NCBI GenBank assembly: GCA_041615815.1 | Contig: JBFJCP010000002.1 | Span: 160,001 to 224,000, forward strand | Direction: 5' to 3' | From: Gemmatimonadales bacterium | GTDB lineage: Bacteria; Gemmatimonadota; Gemmatimonadetes; Gemmatimonadales; GWC2-71-9 | Length of the DNA: 64,000 bases | Shown: positions 59,172-64,000 of the stretch, piece after piece | How the letters are laid out: the number at the start of each line of letters is the position of its first letter | How positions within the stretch are numbered: the stretch's first letter is position 1 | Notes under the pieces: generated by a model | Told to the model about the DNA's origin: nothing | The model's input: the letters and a program-made list of their open reading frames with translations, nothing else | Databases searched by the model: none | Position numbers and translations under genes: made by a program

Positions 59172-61589
59172 ATGTCCACGTTCGCACAAGACATTCGCTA
59201 CGCACTTCGCTCTCTGAAGAAGAACCCGGGCTTTACGACCGTGGCGCTTCTTACGGTGGCACTCGGTATCGGCGTCAACACGGCCATCTTCAGTGTGGTG
59301 CACGGCGTCCTGCTCCGGGAACTGCCGTACCCAGGGGCGGCCCGCCTGGTGACGGTGTGGGAAGACCTGGAGCGACGCGGGGGTCCGAACACCGAATGGA
59401 CCGGGCGATCCACGTTCGTCGATTGGAGGGAACTGAATCGCACGTTTAGCGCCATGAGCGCGGTCACCGACTGGGCACCCAACCTCACCGGAATCGACCG
59501 GCCGGACGTGTTGAACGGCGCGCTGGTGGGCGTGGATCATTTCCGCGTGCTCGGGGTGGCGCCGGCTCTCGGTCGGAGTTTCTCTCGCGACGAGGAGACC
59601 CCCGGCAACGACAACGTCGTCGTGGTGAGCCACGAGCTCTGGCAGCAGCGGTTTGGGGGTGGCGATCTCCTGGGCGCAACGCTCACGTTGGATTCTCGGC
59701 CACACACGGTTATCGGCATCATGCCGCCCCGCTTCGTCGCGCCGATCGTGGCCAACGCCCAGCTCTGGTCACCGCTGCCCATCGATCGGAACCGGGACGA
59801 CCGCGGCAACTACTTCCTGCGCGTCATAGGACGGATGTCGCCTGGTGTCAGCCGGGAGACGGCGTTGGCCGACATGAACCGCGTGGCCGCCGCCATCGCG
59901 CTCGAGCACCCTGTGGACTATCGGGATGTCGGGGTCACGCTGGTTCCCTTGCGGGATACCGTGGTTGGCCCCGCGAGGACGCCACTACTGGTGTTGCTCG
60001 GCTCCGTGACGCTCATCTTGCTCATTGCCTGCGCCAACGTAGCGAACCTCCTACTCGCACGCGCAACGATCCGGGAACGCGAGCTGGCCGTTCGCGTCGC
60101 ACTCGGCGCAGGCCGGTCCCGCATCATTCGACAACTGCTCACGGAGAGTGTGGTGCTTGCGTTGGCCGGCGGCATCCTCGGACTCGGACTCGGGATGTGG
60201 GGAACCGAAGTCTTGGTTCGAGCGGCTCCGGATGGACTGCCGAGGGCAACGGAGATCGGGCTTCACCCAACGGTGTTCGCGTTCGCGATCGCCGCCTCAG
60301 TGCTCACGGGACTCCTGTTTGGATTGGCACCCGCTCTGGGGCTCTCGAGCGGGACGGCGACCCCGGCGTTGCGGGACCGAACGGGCGGTGCGGCCACGGA
60401 GGCGGGAGGACGCGTGCGCGGCGGGTTGGTGGTGGTGGAACTCGCGCTAGGCATGGCCGTGCTCGTGGGAGCGGGTCTCCTGCTTCGGAGCTTTGCTGAG
60501 CTGAAGAGGGTCGATCCGGGATTCCGAATCGAGAATACGCTGAGCGCGCGGGTCATCCTCCCGCCGGCGCGCTACGCGGGTCGGGCGGAGATCGTGACGT
60601 TCGTGCAGCAACTCGAAGAACGACTTCGGAGCACGCCGGGCGTCCGGGATGTCGGTGCCGTCACGGTTCTCCCCCTGAATGGCGTCGTGAACGACATCAG
60701 CTTCGTCATCGAAGGTCGGATCCCCCCACCGGGAGAAGAGCCGGCCGCCGACTCCCGGCGGGCCACTCCAGGTTTCTTTACGACCCTGAGCGTCCCGCTC
60801 CTCCGCGGCCGACTGTTCGACGAGACGGACCGGGATGGGACCGTACCCGTGGCGATCATCAGTGAGCAACTGGCGCGACAACAGTTCGCCGGCGAAGAGC
60901 CCGTCGGGAAACGCATCAAGGTGGGTGGCGTGCGGGACCCAGAGGCACCATGGTGGACGATCGTCGGTGTGGTTGGGAGCGTGCGATCGCGCGCGCTCGA
61001 TCGCGTTCCGGAGCCGGAGATCTATGTCCCGGCGGCGCAACGCCCTTCCCGCGGGTGGAGCATCGTGCTCGCCACGGACGGAGACCCGGCGGCGTTGGCT
61101 CCCGCACTGCGAGAAACCGTGTGGTCGTTGGATCCGGACATGGCGGTCGCCCAGCTCGCCACACTCGAGAGCGTATTCTCGGCAAGCATCGCCGCGCAGC
61201 GCTTCTTGAGTTGGCTGCTCGGCGCGTTCGCCGCCCTCGCCGTGATACTGGGAGCGGTGGGGATCTACGGCGTGATGGCGTTCACGGTAAGCCGTCGCAC
61301 CCGCGAGATTGGGATCCGCATGGCCCTCGGCGCCCGCCCGGCGGATGTGCTGCGGAGCGTGATGCAGCGGGGGCTGTGGCTGATCCTGGCAGGACTGGCC
61401 TTGGGGTTCGCCGGCGCGGTGGCTGCGAGTCGCGCGCTCACCAGCCTGCTCTACGGGGTGAGTCCCACCGACCCACTCACCCTCGTGGGGGTGGCGATCC
61501 TCCTGGCCGCAACCGCCCTCTTCGCATGTTATTGGCCGGCGCGTCGGGCGACGCGGGTTGATCCCATCGTCACGCTGCGGAGCGAGTAG
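59172..61589 (+). CDS. ADOP-type (MacB-like duplicated) ABC transporter permease
   Basis: QDIRYALRSL.KNPGF, LLIACANVANLLLAR, RTREIGIRMALGA, RRATRVDP..LRSE. Confidence 0.93.
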   Translation: MSTFAQDIRYALRSLKKNPGFTTVALLTVALGIGVNTAIFSVVHGVLLRELPYPGAARLVTVWEDLERRGGPNTEWTGRSTFVDWRELNRTFSAMSAVTDWAPNLTGIDRPDVLNGALVGVDHFRVLGVAPALGRSFSRDEETPGNDNVVVVSHELWQQRFGGGDLLGATLTLDSRPHTVIGIMPPRFVAPIVANAQLWSPLPIDRNRDDRGNYFLRVIGRMSPGVSRETALADMNRVAAAIALEHPVDYRDVGVTLVPLRDTVVGPARTPLLVLLGSVTLILLIACANVANLLLARATIRERELAVRVALGAGRSRIIRQLLTESVVLALAGGILGLGLGMWGTEVLVRAAPDGLPRATEIGLHPTVFAFAIAASVLTGLLFGLAPALGLSSGTATPALRDRTGGAATEAGGRVRGGLVVVELALGMAVLVGAGLLLRSFAELKRVDPGFRIENTLSARVILPPARYAGRAEIVTFVQQLEERLRSTPGVRDVGAVTVLPLNGVVNDISFVIEGRIPPPGEEPAADSRRATPGFFTTLSVPLLRGRLFDETDRDGTVPVAIISEQLARQQFAGEEPVGKRIKVGGVRDPEAPWWTIVGVVGSVRSRALDRVPEPEIYVPAAQRPSRGWSIVLATDGDPAALAPALRETVWSLDPDMAVAQLATLESVFSASIAAQRFLSWLLGAFAALAVILGAVGIYGVMAFTVSRRTREIGIRMALGARPADVLRSVMQRGLWLILAGLALGFAGAVAASRALTSLLYGVSPTDPLTLVGVAILLAATALFACYWPARRATRVDPIVTLRSE

Positions 61590-61724
61590 GGGTTAAAACG
61601 GGCCTCGGTACCTGGTAAGACGGTGGGAGGCCGTCCGCCGCGTCACGCGATATTCAGGGCCTCTTCACGGGGAAACCGGTATGGATGGTTACTTTACAGG
61701 AACCGTCTCCCCTCGAGGTCGCCG

Positions 61725-62693
61725 ATGTTCCGCACTGCGCTGGTCCCGCTCGATGGCTCGCTCCTCGCCGAGGGGGCGTTGCCGCACGCCGAAGTGCTGG
61801 CCACGCAGCTCCGAACCAAGCTCAAGTTGTTACGCGTCGTCCCGACCCGGCGCCGGGGCGGTGCCGCCCCCATGGATATCGTCGATCGACCACTCTGCTA
61901 TGCCGAAGCCATGGCGTACCTCGACGCGGTGGCCGCCGACCTGGCAACCCGGGAGGTCGAGGCCGAGGTCGAAGTCAGCGTGGGGCAGCCTGCGGAACGG
62001 ATCCTCGACGCCGTCCGGGCCACCGCACCCGACCTCGTCATCCTCACGAGCCACGGTAGTGGGGGTCCGTCGCCGTTCGCGATGGGCAGCGTCGCCCAAA
62101 AGGTGCTCTCGCGGGCCGGCACGTCGGTTCTGATCGTTCCCAACGGCCTGACCCCACCCGGCGGTTCCGAGGGGTACCGGCGTGTCCTGGTCGGTCTCGA
62201 CTGCACGGCGCACGGCGGCTGGGCACTCAACACCGGCGTCGCGTTGGCCCGCGCCACCGGTGCGGAGCTCGTGCTGACGCACATCGTCGCGGTGCCGCGG
62301 GCGGCGGGTCCCCGACCGGTCCCAGCCGAGCTGGCCCAAGCGGTGGATAGGGTCGTGAGCCTCAACCGGGCCGCCGCCGAGGCGTTCCTCGCGGACACCG
62401 TCGCGAGCATCGCCGGCAGGGACCTCAACGTGCGCGTGCGCATCGACGTCGCACCGTCGGTGCCCGACGCCCTCGCTGACGTGGCGGAGCATGAGCATGC
62501 CGATCTCGTCGTGCTGGCGGCGCACGGCGCGTCCCTCGACGTTCGGGAGCAGTATGGGAGCGTCGCCGCTCAGGTCCTGCCCGGGATACGCTGGCCGCTC
62601 CTGGTCGCGCAGGACACCCCGCGCCCGTCGGCGCCGCTCCAAGAAGCGGCCCCCGCGCGCCTCCGGAGGGAACCCCCGCTCCGCAACCAGTGA
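61725..62693 (+). CDS. Tandem universal stress protein
   Basis: LVPLDGS..AE.AL; DLVILTSHG..G...GSVAQKVL; second USP domain. Confidence 0.9.
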   Translation: MFRTALVPLDGSLLAEGALPHAEVLATQLRTKLKLLRVVPTRRRGGAAPMDIVDRPLCYAEAMAYLDAVAADLATREVEAEVEVSVGQPAERILDAVRATAPDLVILTSHGSGGPSPFAMGSVAQKVLSRAGTSVLIVPNGLTPPGGSEGYRRVLVGLDCTAHGGWALNTGVALARATGAELVLTHIVAVPRAAGPRPVPAELAQAVDRVVSLNRAAAEAFLADTVASIAGRDLNVRVRIDVAPSVPDALADVAEHEHADLVVLAAHGASLDVREQYGSVAAQVLPGIRWPLLVAQDTPRPSAPLQEAAPARLRREPPLRNQ

Positions 62694-64000
62694 CGGAGCC
62701 CGAAACCGGATCTCCGACACCCACCGCCGCGCTCGCGACGGCTGACGCCGCATGCCGTCCGACGGGCCCCGACGGGTTGGGCCCTCGACTCGAGCGGTTG
62801 GACCGAGCCCTGACGCACGTCGACCGCTGGCTCGCGAGGCCGGCAGGGATGCCTGCCACCGGGGCCGCCGAGTGGCTCCTCGACAACTGGTACATCATTA
62901 CTGACGCCCGCCGCGAGGTGTTGCGCGGGTTGCCTGCTCCGTACCGGCGCGAGCTGCCGCGCTGCACAAACGGCGCCCATGCCGGCCTCCCACGTGCCTA
63001 TCGGCTAGCCTGCTTCCTGGTCGAAGAGTCCCGCGATCTCCTGGACGGCGAACTCGTTGCCCGACACGTCGAGGAGTATCAGCGCGTCGCCGTGCTCACG
63101 CTCGGGGAGCTGTGGGCGCTGCCGAATCTGCTACGCCTCGCGGTGCTCGAGGACCTGGCTGCCGGCGCTGGGTCGCTCGCAGGACTACCCGACGAAGCGC
63201 TTCCGGACAGCTCGCCCACCACCGCCAATCTCCCGCTCGAGTCGCGGATCGGCTCGTGCGTGACGAGTCTCAGGCGGATCGCGGCGCAGGACTGGACCGA
63301 GTTCGTCGAGTCGGTGAGCGTGGTCGAGCGCACATTGCGCGACGATCCGGCGGCGGTGTACCCGGCAATGGACCTCGCGACGCGCGACGGCTACCGCAAG
63401 GCGGTGGAGGAGCTGGCCCGCTGGTCCACGCGCGACGAGGCCGAGGTTGCGCATCGCGCGGTGGCTCATGCCAACGCCGCACCGACAGGGGATCGGCAAC
63501 GGCACGTCGGCTTCCACTTGGTGGACCGCGGCCGCGCCGCGCTCGAGCGATCGCTCGACTGCCGGGTTCCGCTCCGCGAGCGGCGGCGGCGGTGGGTGTT
63601 CGCGCACGCCGCGCCACTCTACCTGGGCGGAATAGGCGCGGTGACCGGCGTGTTCCTCGCACTGGCAGCGCGTTACTTGTTCGCCGTGGGCGGCACGATC
63701 ACTGAGCTGGCGGTCCTCGTCCTCGTTGCCAGCGTTCCCGCATCGTGCATTGCCGTCGCCGTCGTGAATTGGATCGTCACCCACGTCATCCCACCGCGCC
63801 ATCTCCCGCGGCTCGACTTCAGCGACGGCATCACCCCGAGCGCCCGGACGGTCGTCGCCATCCCGACCCTTCTCTCGAGCCGCGGGGACGTTGAGGCGAT
63901 CCTGCGGCAACTAGAGATCAACTATCAGGGCAACGACGATCCGGAGACGCGGTTTGCGCTCTTGACCGACGCGCCGGATGCCGCCGAGCCACACCTACCA
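62690..64000 (+). CDS. Cyclic beta-1,2-glucan synthase (NdvB/ChvB-like), N-terminal part, runs off window
   Basis: Manual translation from GTG 62690 (overlapping the USP stop): AAEWLLDNWY, LGELWALP..LR, DW.EFVESVS.VE..LRDDPA.VY..MD.ATRD.YR..VE.LA, PPRHLPRLDFS.GI. Confidence 0.85.
   Translation, partial: MTEPETGSPTPTAALATADAACRPTGPDGLGPRLERLDRALTHVDRWLARPAGMPATGAAEWLLDNWYIITDARREVLRGLPAPYRRELPRCTNGAHAGLPRAYRLACFLVEESRDLLDGELVARHVEEYQRVAVLTLGELWALPNLLRLAVLEDLAAGAGSLAGLPDEALPDSSPTTANLPLESRIGSCVTSLRRIAAQDWTEFVESVSVVERTLRDDPAAVYPAMDLATRDGYRKAVEELARWSTRDEAEVAHRAVAHANAAPTGDRQRHVGFHLVDRGRAALERSLDCRVPLRERRRRWVFAHAAPLYLGGIGAVTGVFLALAARYLFAVGGTITELAVLVLVASVPASCIAVAVVNWIVTHVIPPRHLPRLDFSDGITPSARTVVAIPTLLSSRGDVEAILRQLEINYQGNDDPETRFALLTDAPDAAEPHLP

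Noticed and set aside
1..64000. CRISPR arrays, tRNAs, rRNAs, transposases, integrases and defence systems
   Set aside because: No regularly spaced repeats, tRNA T-loop/CCA signatures or mobile-element and defence domains were recognised by eye.

Overview
GC-rich, gene-dense bacterial window. The gene repertoire (SusC/SusD-like pair, Ser/Thr kinase-TolB-like-TPR protein, ADOP-type ABC permease, secreted M14 and Zn peptidases) suggests Gemmatimonadota; this is inference. It contains about 50 CDSs: transport (ZIP, MgtE, APC+USP, MscS-like), secreted hydrolases, a lysine/DAP operon with an unusual aspartokinase-M20 (DapE/ArgE-like) fusion, and the 5' part of a cyclic beta-1,2-glucan synthase. I recognised no rRNA, tRNA, CRISPR array or mobile element. 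Top observations: (1) an AhpD/CMD-family gene split in the ORF track by an in-frame TGA exactly at the second Cys position of a CxxC motif (CAY-UGA), i.e. a probable selenoprotein, in a TetR-AhpD(Sec)-thioredoxin operon with its own promoter/operator; (2) a roughly 0.7-1 kb non-coding region (24850-25850) with long-range terminal pairing, nested helices, UUCG/GNRA loops and a pseudoknot-like element on the minus strand, a candidate large orphan ncRNA; (3) a second roughly 380-nt multi-hairpin orphan RNA candidate (41900-42282) ending in a strong intrinsic terminator. All family assignments come from motifs read by eye; no database searches or folding programs were run.
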